From contig MNCI01000399.1 in assembly GCA_015680685.1 (NCBI GenBank), positions 103,044 to 167,043 of the forward strand: a stretch of 64,000 bases of DNA, given 5' to 3'. The translations under genes were made by a program, and so were the position numbers. Positions 14,623 to 26,984 of the stretch are shown here, piece after piece. Numbering within the stretch: the first letter of the stretch is position 1; each line of letters opens with the position of its first letter. The stretch comes from Gnetum montanum. Its lineage: Eukaryota; Plantae; Gnetophyta. The notes under the pieces are model-generated. The model ran no database searches. It was not told where the DNA came from and was given only the letters and a program-made list of their open reading frames with translations.

Positions 14623-15358
14623 TGATGAAACATGTTTTCAGTCAGTTTTGGATAGTTTAGTTTTTAGTTTCTGAGAAAGGTAGCGAAGCTCTTGCCATTT
14701 CTCTTCTTTAGAGTTAGAATATTTTCTAAGTGCCTGCAGAAGGAGTCTAAAGTGTGTACGGTTCTTTGTTCGAGCATTGATGTACTTGAGTGCTTCATTG
14801 TGACGAGAATAAAATGAACTCTTTTGATAATCATTGCAGCACTAAGAATAGCTCAATATTTTCTTTAATGCATTCTACTTTCTTGTTCTTTACTTTAATG
14901 CATTTGATTAAGCAATATATTTTCAGTAGTTAATGAACACGGGCATGATCACTTCGAGCATTTATATGGTACTTGGTAACCCAACAACGCTTAATGTTTG
15001 GTAGCTTAGTAGTGCTATGTATTCAGGATGTGTCCAGGAAAGTGGGATGGTTACTTGTGTTAGGCTAGCTAGGCAATAGACATTAGTTTTTTATCTACTT
15101 TACCCTTTATTCATTGTTGTAGACAATCACATCTATAAAACATAAACGATAAAAATCAAATATCTTAATTACACTTAAAACCATACCCTTGAGCTTCACA
15201 AGTGTAGTTGGGAAGACAACGAACATTCACAATGCCTATTTCACTTCCTAGAGGAACTAGTCTACAAGATAACTATAGGTTCACGGAATTCGATCGGATC
15301 GCGCGTAACCCCTTAGTGAGTTGTATGGTTGGGCGGAGGGGTACCTTGCTGCTTATCA
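14623..15358 (+). repeat. 3' LTR of the Athila-like element
   Basis: Preceded by the PPT, TG...CA termini, lacks about 110 bp of the 5' LTR including the TATA segment. Confidence 0.88.
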
Positions 15359-15989
15359 ATTATCTTTGCTTAAAGAAGCATAATATTATATTATGTTTGT
15401 CTCTTTGCTTTAGATTCATGAGCAAAAAAAGTTAATACACCCTTAAAGAATAGTAGGTTTAACAATGACATGATAAAGTTATTTTGGCATATCCTAATTA
15501 TAATAGATTTCTTCTTATATTTAATTTTTAAAGCAAATAAGACTTTCATACCACTTGAACTCTTTGAATAATGCATTGATCCCATTTGTAATTGTAGAAG
15601 TATTCTAAACCAAAATATTTGTAAGAGGAAATTATGTCCACATGTTCTTGTCCAATATCCTTAAAGCTGAATGTGAACTCAAATATTGTTATGACAATTT
15701 ATTGTCTACACTTAGGTAAAATATTTTCCAGTATTTAGTAATTTGTTTTTATCAAAATATTTGCGAAAGAAGTTCAATTTTAAAAAATATGTTTTCATTG
15801 GAAACCAAGTCACAAGTTCGGCTCTAACAAGTAACACTAAATTATGAACATATAAAAAGGAATCATGAAATTGGTTTCTTATCGTAAATCTAAAAACATC
15901 TCAATAAATGTTAAGTAAAAAATTCAAGAAAGCATAACATGCCATCATGTGTGATTGTCTCATGATTTACTTATGAATCCAATCCCCAG

Positions 15990-16730
15990 TGGCAGGCAGG
16001 GAAACGGTCGGAAAAACCATTGCGACAAATGAAACACCTGTATCGACGGTTTAACAGGGGAAAGGACGGTGGAATCAAAACTTGAGGGGCTGTATATTAG
16101 AGAAAATGAAACTGCTCAACTGTCAACGAACTGAAGCTGGTATTTGTAGGCCGACACACAGGGATGGATTGAATGCTCTCTGGTACGAACCGGCCGCAGT
16201 TCTGCACGACTTGTTTGTTCTAAAACTGTTAATTGATTGGCCGGATTTTGACTCTCATGGACGGGGAGACGGACGTACGAGTGAGTGAGTTGTGAATACG
16301 GTGGCCTGCCACAGATGCATATTCATCAATCGGCCTGACGTACAGTGGACACAAGCGATAAACATGGAACATGTCTAGATAACTGCGGGCGGACGACGTC
16401 GCGCCAAACCGTTCGATTAATATAACATATACATATATATATATGTATACATACAGATAATAGAGATAGCTGCGCACAGACGACATATTGTGACGATTTC
16501 CAGATGTACCTTGGGAAATTTGATTGCAGGAGATATGATAAGTTTCGAAACGATGAGACTTTGGCAAAAATGAGATTTGCATCAGAAAATGCGTAATGGT
16601 CTCTATCTCGACTTCAAGCTACTGAGCAGCAGCGGCAACGCGTGTACGGTTTAGCCATTAGCGATCACATCTGGGAAGTATCATCAGGAGCCGAGCCGAG
16701 CCAATACAAGAAGAAGAAGTAATAGCCAAA
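15990..16730 (+). promoter_or_regulatory. CpG-retaining promoter and 5' UTR region of LSF1
   Basis: Sharp local rise in CG dinucleotides relative to the CpG-depleted TE flanks, several ACGT cores (e.g. TGACGT near 16336) and a TA-rich tract at 16420-16450, directly upstream of the ATG. The TSS cannot be determined. Confidence 0.55.
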
Positions 16731-17099
16731 ATGGCGCTGGTTAAGACTCCAGGACCATGTCCAAGTCGGATCCCGTGGCTTTTCCGCAGTGAAAGCTTAG
16801 GAGCTCATTCTCATTCTCAATCGGCTTGCACGCTACCGCCGCTTTCGCAGTTTAGCGGAAGCAAATGTGCTTTGTTGGAGGCATTCCCAAAGCCAGTTCC
16901 GCCGAGCAATTCCTCTTCCTCTTCTTATTATGCTGCCAAAAGAGCTGGACTTTTGTTTCGCACCGTGAAAGCCGAGGCCGTTGTAGGCAACAAGAAGCTC
17001 AATTTGCAGGAGTACATGATTACTTTGCAAAAGCCGCTTGGAATCAGATTTGGTGTCACTGTCAATAACACAGTTTTCGTCCACTCCCTCAGGAAAGGA
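16731..17099 (+). CDS. LSF1: Phosphoglucan phosphatase LSF1, exon 1 (transit peptide and start of PDZ-like domain)
   Basis: ATG at 16731, a Ser/Pro/Ala-rich transit-like N-terminus, then KLNLQEYMITLQKPLGIRF...VFVHSLRKG, matching the plant LSF1 motif MNLNEYMVTLEKPLGIRF. Donor GGA|GTATGC at 17100, phase 0 (123 codons). Confidence 0.93.
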
Positions 17100-18919
17100 G
17101 TATGCGATTTCTTGAATTTCTTGCCCTGTTATTTCTTGTATTCAAAACTCCTGGCCTATTTTTGTTTTTAGTAGCCTTGTAATGATCCTTTGTGCCAGTT
17201 GAAATTTCGATATACGCCGTTATATAGCAATTGTAAGATTACAATCGTGGATACAACCTACCAGTGTAAGATGATTTTAATGAGATTGACTGTCACCCAA
17301 CGTTCAAATGATAATTCTTTGCTTTCGCGTCTATGCTGCAACGCTGCATTTTATGAACTCCTTACGTTACTCTTCTGTTTTCTTTTTTAATTGTTTTATT
17401 TGGCCATGTTACTTCTTGTTGTTCCTTTTCTTTGTTTTATGTTGTCCTTTATCCCTGAAGAAATATCAGGCTTGGTTTTCCATTTCACACGTAAACATCA
17501 AATGGGAAGTCAATTTTTTTTTGCGATGGTTTGGATGTGGATGGGATGATTGTACTGTATGGGTCCAAAACCACTCAACCAAACTAATACCTTTCGATGC
17601 ATCCATATTTCATATTTCCCATGTCACCATACTTGGCAAAAAATACCTTCTTCTTTGCTTGTTTTTGCTCATTCGCATTTCCTTACCAACAGCTCTGGTC
17701 ACTTTTTCGCAGCTCCATTACTTACAAATTCTCTCAGGCTTTGATCTTTTTTTTTGCTATCATATTAAGCTGTAGCTTTGGAGAAATGCTTATGCTTTCA
17801 GTGATACATCGACCTTTATGTTTAGTCATGATTGAAAGCTACTAATTAGCCATCATTGTTTTATTCCTAATTGTTTGTAATTATGAAAAACTTTGAATTC
17901 TTAGTCTTAAGTGTGCAAGAAGATGTGTGGCATGATTTTTTTTTTTCTAATGAAAGACGTTACATTTCTGCCAGAAGCTCTGTTAGAACATGTCTGAGAA
18001 AAGATTTGTTACAGAAAGGAAGATACATTTTAAATATTCATTCATTCAGCATGCTATCAAATTCAGAGAAGAGTAACGTAAAATAAGAGCAAGAATAATG
18101 TTCTTGCAAATTTAAAATGCATCCGGAATAAACATATTCTGCTCTGCTCTATACTGTTTTTGCCTATAATGATTTTTTGGTTACTTTGTTGTTCCCATTG
18201 TAAAATTTGTTATGGTTCGGCCTTAATGTTGCTTTGATGTTTGTACAGTGAAATGTTTTGCACTCACACATACATTTTGTTCTGCAAAGTGTTTAAGCTT
18301 GCTGTTACACTAATTGCACGTAGAAGTAATTGAAAAGTAGTATGGTTTGGTCTAGCTGTTTTCCAAAACGGCTGGACCTGTTAAGTTCAATCATCCCTGT
18401 GGATTTCATGTGAGTGCATGTTCAGGTCAGATGTTCATGTTTAGGAATCTCAATTTCAGACGCCTGCTTTACGGTAGCAAGGTCCACTAATGCTATAACT
18501 TCTGTCTTATTAGGCAGTGTCAATACAAAATTATCTTGCAATGTTGTTTTCTGCTACTGCCATGCCGAAGTCATTTTCCACGTTAAGTAGAGGTGTGTTA
18601 ACTATATAGAAATTGATTTACAGTTTTTTTCTTTAAAATATTTGGTAGCCTTCAATGTTGCTTTATTGGGGAAGGTTCTATGAAAGTTGTACACAACAGA
18701 TAAATCCTGGGTTTTGAAGCATGCACACACGATTTATCATAGTACTTAGGAATTTCTGATCCATTCTTGGTGTGGAAGGAACTTGACAAAGATTAAATCA
18801 TGGTGATCATTATGAGTTTGATCAGTAGATGGATGGAATAGCTTCTCAAAGGATGATTATAAGTTTTTCATCTGGCCTTAAAGATGAGGATATGATTAAA
18901 TGGAAAAAAGGTTGTAGAT

Positions 18920-20146
18920 GGTTGTAGGTGACATCGAGGAGGCATTAGGATCTAAATCACTATGGGTGGAGGCCTTGTTGGCAAAGGTGATAGAGTCGGT
19001 GGCAAGGGAAGAGCAGAGTTGGTGGGAATGAAGGTGGGCAAAGAGGGAGGTAGCATTCTAGCAATAGTTGGAGGAAGAGAAGAGGCATTCGGAATGTAGG
19101 ATAGTAGAGCATGAGGAAACCTTCCAGCAGCAGTTGGAGGACATTGAGCGGCATTTTCTTGATGTCGCAAGGGAGGAGGGTAGGAGGTAGGACCTTGTAG
19201 AAGCGGTGGCATGGGAATCGTTGGAGATGGAGCTGCGGCTGTCATCCGGGCTCAACTTTAGGAGGAGGCTTAGGAATAGGAGTAGCAGCAGTACGAAGAG
19301 CAAGAGTGTAAGGAAAGGGAGAAGGAGGAGGAGGTGTAGATCTAGCAGAGGCTGGATGTGGCACATGAGCACAAGGTGCACGTTGGGTTGCGATAGGGGC
19401 ATTGCCCCTACATTATTTTGAACATCAGGAGAGGGACCCTGTGGAGTTCTTTGCGTCAGGGATGGGAACTACATCTAGATAACAAAGGGGATCCGACTAC
19501 ATGTGCATGACTAGAGGTAGCTTTCAAAACCATTCAAGAAGCATCTATGTTTGTGGATTCGGAAAGGCACCAGTTGGTTTTGGATAATGTGCATAGTCAG
19601 GAGAGGCTGGATTGTGACTGCACTCACCTACCGCTTAGGCTTTAATGGGGGTGGGTGGGGGTTGGAGTCCTTTTGGTTTTTTCTACCAGTTTTTTTTTGT
19701 CCTTTTGCTTTGCGGGGTTAGGGTCCAGATGATATGCGGGACCTTTGTCTTTTGTTTAGAATTTCTATTGAGGGTGTAAGCATGATGGCCAAGTCTTGTT
19801 TTTTTCTGTAGATTGGGTTGGTTTTCTATGAGCAGCTAGAGGGAGGCTCCATGTTTTATGGTTGACCCGGGGGGCGGCGGGGTGGGTTGTGGCGGGGTGT
19901 TATATCCTTGAGTAAGTTTGGAGGTTTTTTTTTTTTTTTGAGGTATTGGGGGGTAACACTCCCCCGAATTATTTTGTCGTGGGTTTAGTTGGGGGTTGGG
20001 CGGTGTTACCAAGTGCTTGGGAGGGGGTTCCCTCCCCTCATGAAATTTTGTCTAATGGTTATTTTCCACTTACAGCATCAGTTGTTGTGGAGCATCATGT
20101 ACATAGTGAGTTTATTTAATTTACCTGAACTTCTTAAAAAAAAAAA
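18920..20146 (+). mobile_element. 5'-truncated LINE 3' end with coiled coil and degenerate J-domain (J-LINE, divergent subfamily)
   Basis: E/Q/R-rich coding, then AHEH...GHCPYIILNI...LHLDNKG...AFKTIQEASMFVDSERHQLVLDNVH..RLDCDC, stop at 19643-19645, G/T-rich 3' UTR, poly(A) at about 20136-20146. The 5' boundary is approximate. Confidence 0.75.
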
Positions 20147-20351
20147 GTATATGCAATTTAGAAGACAAAAAATTGAAAATCCATAAAAAGCAATATGTTC
20201 AACTTTAAAATATAAAAACATTATCATGAACATCAACATAACTTAATTGTTGATACTTCCATATACATTACAAAAAATTTCAAATGTAAGCTACACTGTA
20301 GTATTCATTCACTATCATTTAAAACAAATGAGTTGAAGAATGTCTAAAATC

Positions 20352-20597
20352 ACCTACTAAAGTGATTCAAAATGAGTTGAAGAATGCATTGTTGAGCTCT
20401 TGAAGAATGTGTTGTTGAGCTCCCCAAGAATGTGTTGCTCCTTGCAGAAAACTGTGCACTCAAAGTGTTGAAAACCTACTAAAGTGATTCAAAATGAGTT
20501 GAAGAATGCATTGTTGAGCTCTTGAAGAATGTGTTGTTGAGCTTCCCAAGAATGTGTTGCTTCTTGCAAAAAAATGTGCACTCAAAGTGTTGAAAAC
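20352..20597 (+). repeat. Tandem duplication, 2 x 122 bp
   Basis: ACCTACTAAAGTGATTCAAAATGAG... begins at 20352 and again at 20474, nearly identical. Confidence 0.9.
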
Positions 20598-23559
20598 CTT
20601 TAAAACTGCTGATGATGTATGTTTAGACTGTTATATGCGCATTCCTTCTTTTATAGCTATATTAAGTCATGAATTTTGTTACTGGATAGTATTTTAATGT
20701 TTAGTGTTAAAAAAGTATAAACTTCTAATTGGTATTTTTTAAGATTCCAAAATTTTTTGGAATCACTTGGAATTATCCAGAATTGCTTGGAACCATCCAG
20801 AATTGTGATTCCAAACTGGATCATGATCTAGAACAGATTCGGATCTTGATCTAGAATCACTTGGATCACCATCTCGATCCAATCTTCATAAGTATGGTTT
20901 AAACATAAGAAGCTCACCATTGTTGGACCACATCAAGGGCTAAGATTGAATGGGAGCTGAAGAGTTTTTAAATATCCTGGAACATAGGTATTATATATGT
21001 CTGTTTAAACACATCCTCACTTAGAAATAAATGGAACATAATTACATAAAATGGTTTTATAATGTAATATCTTATTAACGAACAATTCATTTACAATGTT
21101 TATAACATAACATCTGTTTAATATACAAATTACAGTCGTACATAAAAAATATTTGGTCTCACATTATTTCATCACTTGAAAGGATTTGGCTTCACTCGTC
21201 TTTTAATTTTTCAAATGCTTGTGCAATCATCCTGCAACACAAGAATTCTTAATGTGATGGGGCATTGTCTTTGATTCTACTTGTCTATTTTGCATATCTA
21301 AAATCAAATATCTGCATCGTATTTTTATGCATTTTGATTTTTCTCATAATGTCTGGAACAATTTGCGTGACTACAATTTGAATTTCCCATTTTCATTGAC
21401 TTTGCTGTAAGTAATCTAAGGCTAGCATTGGTAAGGTACTTACTTTAAATATAGACTTAGCTTGCACTATTAATCTTTGTATGTAATTAGATTTTGTGTA
21501 AAAAGAATAAGGCTTTTCAGCAAAAATTTGCAACCCCAGTAGTTTCTGGATGCTGCTTTTTATATACAGACCCTGTGTACCAGGCCATGATTACAATGAT
21601 GAGGAGGCTAGGATACATTTGTTGTTACTTGATAATAATCAATTTACCCAGGGTTGACTCTTGTTCTGTAAGTTTTGAATTAGTGCATTCCGTGAGTTTG
21701 TCCTGTTCTACCTATGGAGGCTAAGGCATACATCGTTGATGTTTTTTAGGTGGATATTCAGAGCACTCATGATATTGGCTTTAGGTGAAGGGGGTATGAA
21801 TAACATGGATTATAAATTTTTTACTAATTGATGGCAAGTTTTAGTTGCTGTGTCATAGTCTTTAGGCTTCTCTTTATGGCAGTACCCCTAGATAGACATG
21901 CCTTGGTGGTGATCGTGGTGTTAGCATAATGATTGGCCAATTGATATCCCTTTGACCCTTTGTTCCTTGAGGAAATTTTGCATGTTATCCATGTTTATAA
22001 TGAAGAGGTAAGTGGAGAGTGGATGTACCTCTTGAGGAGGTGAAAAAGCTCATGTGGATCCATTAAAATCTATTGCGAAATCTGTTCTTGGGATGTTAAG
22101 GCATAGGCTTACAAAGCAATAATGAAACCGTTTCCTGTTTATGATATGTTGCAGTTCCCTAGCTCAGCATGTTATAAGCTTTTGCTATATGTAGTTCTAG
22201 AAACATGTCTGGAAATGTAAATCTGTTACAAGAATGTGTGAGTCCATGATTATGTATGATTTAGTCTTGAATCTACTTGCTGCTAACAAATCTTTCCTGG
22301 TTTGAAGAAATAAGCATAGTGTAACACCCATCTGTAGGGAGCAAGAGTTAACAGCCAAAGTCTCCAACAAGCTGGCTGAAAATGCAAGGGTAAGCTTTCT
22401 TTTTCTCAAATAATAGATCAATGATTAGAAATTGGACTTGCATATATACCAGCATAGACAAGGATCAATTAAAATAAAGAATAACACAGAAAATTATATG
22501 ATGCAAAGAATGATTCATGGATCTAGTAGGAAGAGAATGCCAATATGAGGAGTGATATCTCACGATACACTATGCATCCAAGGTGCAGTACAAATGCAAA
22601 ACATCTAAAACATAAAATCATATCCATAACCATCTAGCTCAACAAGAAGCCAATTAACTTAAATCATTTCACATAGCAATCTTAAATTATGCACAACCAA
22701 AATGTAATCAATCATACGGAAAGTCAAAGTAACGGTAAACATATTATTTGTGTACTTGATAAATTGCAAATTGAAATCCAAAATAATATAGCAATCTCAA
22801 CATTTATTCACATCCTTGCTGCCAATGATATATATTCAATATTCAACAAAAAGGGAAAATTAGAAACTAGATTGTGTACATTAATAAACCTGTTTACACA
22901 AATAGCTAGGCAGTAAACACAAGAATCTTATGAAAAAATGGTTCACAAATCAAATTATTGAAACTCTTAACAAAAAAATTAAAAACACCTACAACTAACA
23001 TCAATTAATAAACCATACTAAATAATGTTAACAAATAATTTGATAGATTTTTCTAATATTTAGTATATATAATATCATATAAACTCTAGTTACTAATAAA
23101 GATATAGGATAGGCTTTGCTACCTTGGATTTTGCTTATGATAATAAAGAAACGAATTCTGATTTTCTGATGGACAACCACATGAGGTTTGAACAAGACTT
23201 AGAATAAATACTCATGCTTCTTAAGCATAATTTTTGATAAAAGACAACCATGAAAGTAAATAGTGACAACAAAAATCTATGCAAGATTCTTTTGATACAA
23301 TGTATAAGTCTGATTTTTTATTTATTTATGGATCAGATTTTGATTCTTCTCAAATTATAAAAATAGATCTGATGTTGGTCATCAACAAATTTGTTCAACC
23401 CAATAGTTGGCCACAAGAAACATATAAATCAATAGTTTCAAATCCATTCAGTTGCACAATAATGCTATTTTATTTTGTTTTAGCAGCCCTCACAATAAAA
23501 ATAATGCACACCACTAACATTTAATTAAGCTATCCAATTTACCAACAATAGAGAAAAGA

Positions 23560-23966
23560 GGGCTGCGTTGGAGATGCAACCGTCGACATCAAGACAGGAG
23601 TGGTAGGAGAGTCATGATTCCAGAATGGGAATAGGGCCAACTTATTCGAGGGAAAGGCAAGAGTTGGGGAGTTGGGCAGCTCCTACGATGTCGACAGAGC
23701 TCCAAGCGATGCTTGAGAAGGCAAGTAAGGTTGCTGCTGACAACACAAGGGCGGAGGAAATGGCTTTGTGGGAAACGAGTTGGAGGCAGCGGGAGGAAGA
23801 TATCCGATGGATTATAGACCTTGTTGAGCAGCAACGTGCAGAATTGCAGCAAATGAGAGAGCATAGGAGGCAAAGGCTGGAGCAAACCTATAGATGGGAG
23901 CTAAGGTTCGAATTGGAAGAGGAAGTGAGAAGGGAGCTCCAAATAGAGATGGCATGGGGAAGAGGA
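23560..23966 (+). mobile_element. GC-rich coiled-coil coding fragment, probably from the J-LINE cargo, cut by an LTR
   Basis: ORF 23625 (ELQAMLEKASKVAADNTRAEEMALWETSW...RWELRFELEEEVRRELQ) resembles the coiled coil of the other copies (EELRQATQRAADEAREAERKEWEAKW). It stops at the LTR start 23967. Confidence 0.5.
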
Positions 23967-24827
23967 TGTAACGAACCACTTCTCCTTGAGTTTTTGCATT
24001 AACGATATGTTTTGTTGACAACTAGTGTGTGTGCTTTTTTTGGACTATGGTGGAAATGGCTAATTGGAATAGTAACAAATTTGTTGATCATATTTTTATA
24101 TGTATTATGATTAAATGTTTAAATACTTTATGCATAAGAAATATGATTTAAAATACATGATGGAAATGTTTTAAAATAATAATAATAAATGATATATGGG
24201 AAAACAAAATATTTTTTGTTCTATTTCAACAGAGATGTTGAAAAACAAAGGACAAAGCTCTAAGGTGTGCCTCAAGAGCTAAAACAAGTATGTTGAGATG
24301 CAAAAGAATGCTCATATAGAGGAACTTGACCTATGAATCAAGTTGAAGGAACCTGACCCATGAATCAGGGATATTGTGTGCAAATATTGTAGCTTTATAT
24401 TTTATTTTATCCAAATGTGATGCATTGCTCTTTTTAGTTTAAAATAGTAGAGTATAAGTACTCTCTCCATTACTGTAGAAAGGTCACGTGATGACCTTTC
24501 AAGGCTTGTAAGATGATGGAAAAATTCACATCACTGATGACCTGAAAAGGAAGTGCCTTATTTGATTATGTATCTTGAACTGTCCCTATCATGAATCTAT
24601 TTGAAAACTCTTTCCTTGCATCTTATGACAATTCTGAATGATAAAGAGATAGATATTATGCTAGAATGTTTTGTAATTATCAAGAGGAATTGAACCTGAG
24701 ATTTAGCAAAATCTAAATTCTGAAATATCAAAAATTGTTGATTTAGGAATTGAACTTGCAACCTGTGAATATACATATTTTATTGATTTTATTATAGTGA
24801 TCATGAAGAGAATTGAACTCATGACCC

Positions 24828-24830
<3 letters not shown>

Positions 24831-24870
<40 letters not shown>
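24831..24870 (+). repeat. (GA)20 microsatellite inside LTR copy A
   Basis: Perfect GA run. The sister LTRs have only a short CT tract at this position. Confidence 0.95.
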
Positions 24871-24873
<3 letters not shown>

Positions 24874-25380
24874 CCTTAAAAAGAAAGAAAAGAATACAAA
24901 CAGTCCCCAAGAAGTCAGTTACAAGAAACCATTCATTATCCCTTATTCCACCTACAAATAGGAAGAGGAGGAGAGGAAAAAAGAGAGACATAAGGCAAAA
25001 CTAGCTGTGCAAAACACAAAAAAAGAGGGATACAACAACAAGGAGTGTGGCTGAGAAGGGAGAGAAGACTGTGGTTGCTAAAAGAGATAGCAAGGAGAAA
25101 GAAATCAAGGGAGGCATAGCAATTCAATATTTTGATAATTTCTTATAGTAACAAGATATCTAAGCAAGGAGGTAAAATGATCCATCTTTGTTATGTTTGA
25201 TAATGGTCAGCAAGGGTTGATTTTCTCAAACTTTTCTCTTCTTGCTTTTCTAACCACCTTTCACAATGCTTGTATACAAATACCAAGATTGTTGTTGTAA
25301 GCTTAGATTTTTTTGATATCCTTTATTACCCTTTTTTTGGATCTCTCTACCTATCCTTTGCACTCTCACACCTAAATGAC

Positions 25381-26543
25381 TTTTTTTTGAGAGAGTATTC
25401 GGGATTTTATAATTGGAAATTGCAAATATGTTACAAGATTACAATTGGGGGGTCACCGNNNNNNNNNNNNNNNNNNNNNNNNNNNNNNNNNNNNNNNNNN
25501 NNNNNNNNNNNNNNNNNNNNNNNNNNNNNNNNNNNNNNNNNNNNNNNNNNNNNNNNNNNNNNNNNNNNNNNNNNNNNNNNNNNNNNNNNNNNNNNNNNNN
25601 NNNNNNNNNNNNNNNNNNNNNNNNNNNNNNNNNNNNNNNNNNNNNNNNNNNNNNNNNNNNNNNNNNNNNNNNNNNNNNNNNNNNNNNNNNNNNNNNNNNN
25701 NNNNNNNNNNNNNNNNNNNNNNNNNNNNNNNNNNNNCTAGCGCTTCGTAGGAAGCTGCTGGCATGCACAGTCGGGGCGCACTAGCTCGTGAAGAATGTCG
25801 AGAGTATTCCGATGCTCCTCTGTATCCATGAAGCTGGCCGCCTGTTGGACGCCCTGCATGGCTGCCTCCCATATGCTTTTATCCTTGTGGGAGGCTCCGG
25901 CATCGGGGTGGCAATGTGCCGAGGTTCGGCGGATATATCGACGAAGGTCGCCCCAAGAGCTCTCACAGCTGATTCCTAAAGTAAGGTACGGGCATTGTCC
26001 CCCCCATAACCATTGTCGGGTATTGTGCTCGTGGGCACGGTCCAGTTGCCTCTGCCTCTGCTCCTCCTCCTCCTGAAGCCGGTCCCGCTCCACCTGTTCC
26101 ACCTGCTGTCTCTGTCTCCGGGCCTCTTCCTCCTGTGCCAGCTCCTCCCTCACTTGGGCTCTGATTTCATCGATGAGCCGAGCCCTGGCGGCTTCTGCCA
26201 ACAGGTCCTGTTGTTTCGCCCGTTCCTGCTCCCACTCCTTAAACTGGGCTTCTAACTCGTTGCGGGCCTGGGCGAGGGCTTTAGTCCATTTTGCCTCCCA
26301 TTCCTTCCTTTCTGCCTCTCGGGCTTCTTCCGCCACCCTCTTCCGCAGTTCCTCGTTCCAAGCTTCCTGGTTGGAGGTTTCTGGGGGGGGAGAGGTTGAT
26401 TGGTCCTGACGCTCAGGGGGGCGCCTTTCCCGCGGGGTCCTTTGGCTCCACGAGATATTAGAGCCCCAAGGGCCCTAGCCCCTTCCCAGCTCGGGCACCA
26501 TCGTCGCCTTAGGCGACCTGGGGGGGGCGTCCCGGGGACACCC

Positions 26544-26577
<34 letters not shown>

Positions 26578-26984
26578 AGGACGAGGGGTGCTGCTCCCCT
26601 TCTGCCCCTCTCCATAGAGCCAAAATCAAACCCGAGTGGCAGCCCCGACGTTTGAGGCTAAGGGTCTCATTAAAGTAGTGGGGGAGGTTGACCAGGTAGC
26701 CCCCTTTAAGGCAACGGAGAAAGGCGAAATGTAGGCCCTGTAGCTTGGACCCGTTGCTAGACTGGACGAAGAATCTGTCCACTAGATCTGCACCGTGGGC
26801 CAAGAGGCGGGGGAGGGAAGATCTAGGCACCTGTTTGCTCCTGGTCCTGGGAACTGGCCCATCAAAGAATAGCTCTGCATCTTGGAGGCCATGGGTGGAG
26901 GGCAGGATGGTCTCCCCCACAATGGGGGCCCCCAGACAGCTGGCAATCGCTACTTTTGTGACCCAGATCTCATGCCTCCTGAAG
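25381..26984 (-). mobile_element. 5'-truncated J-LINE copy 1 (accessory domain, coiled coil, intact HPD J-domain)
   Basis: Poly(T) from 25381. The 3' UTR matches the reverse complement of 30890-30964. TSD AAATGACTT at 25374-25382 and 26985-26993. ORFs 26252-27067 and 25737-26336, the latter ending PYLTLGISCESSWGDLRRYIRRTSAHCHPDAG...AMQGVQQAASFMDTEEHRNTLD. Contains the N-gap. Confidence 0.9.
25459..25736. other. Assembly gap (278 N)
   Basis: Run of N. It falls in the LINE 3' UTR and its size is close to the homologous UTR segment of the copy at 30639-30890. Confidence 1.

Larger units (their letters stand above)
5335..15358 (+). mobile_element. Full-length decayed Ty3/gypsy LTR retrotransposon, Athila-like (non-chromovirus)
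   Basis: Two similar LTRs (TGATGAAACATG...ATCA) with TSD ATCAT/ATTAT. PBS TGGCACTGTTACC (6223) resembles the tRNA-Asp-type TGGCGCCGTTGCC. Internal gag (about 7370), protease ALL.LGSDVN (about 9055), RT WVSPLVIVPKKDGKW/VFMDD (10042-10400), RNase H (10789-11112), integrase with HHCC and WEGSY (11480-12520), and a G-rich PPT at about 14615. Confidence 0.92.

Noticed and set aside
20700-20900. GATC/CCAGAAT-rich repeats suggesting a DNA-transposon subterminal region
   Set aside because: No partner terminus or TSD was identified.
25270-25872. ORFs of 100-156 aa spanning the N-run
   Set aside because: They are open only because N translates as X.
25737-26336. A nested host DnaJ gene or processed pseudogene
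   Set aside because: The domain is in frame with LINE RT in the sister copy, occurs in multiple diverged copies and shares the LINE 3' end.
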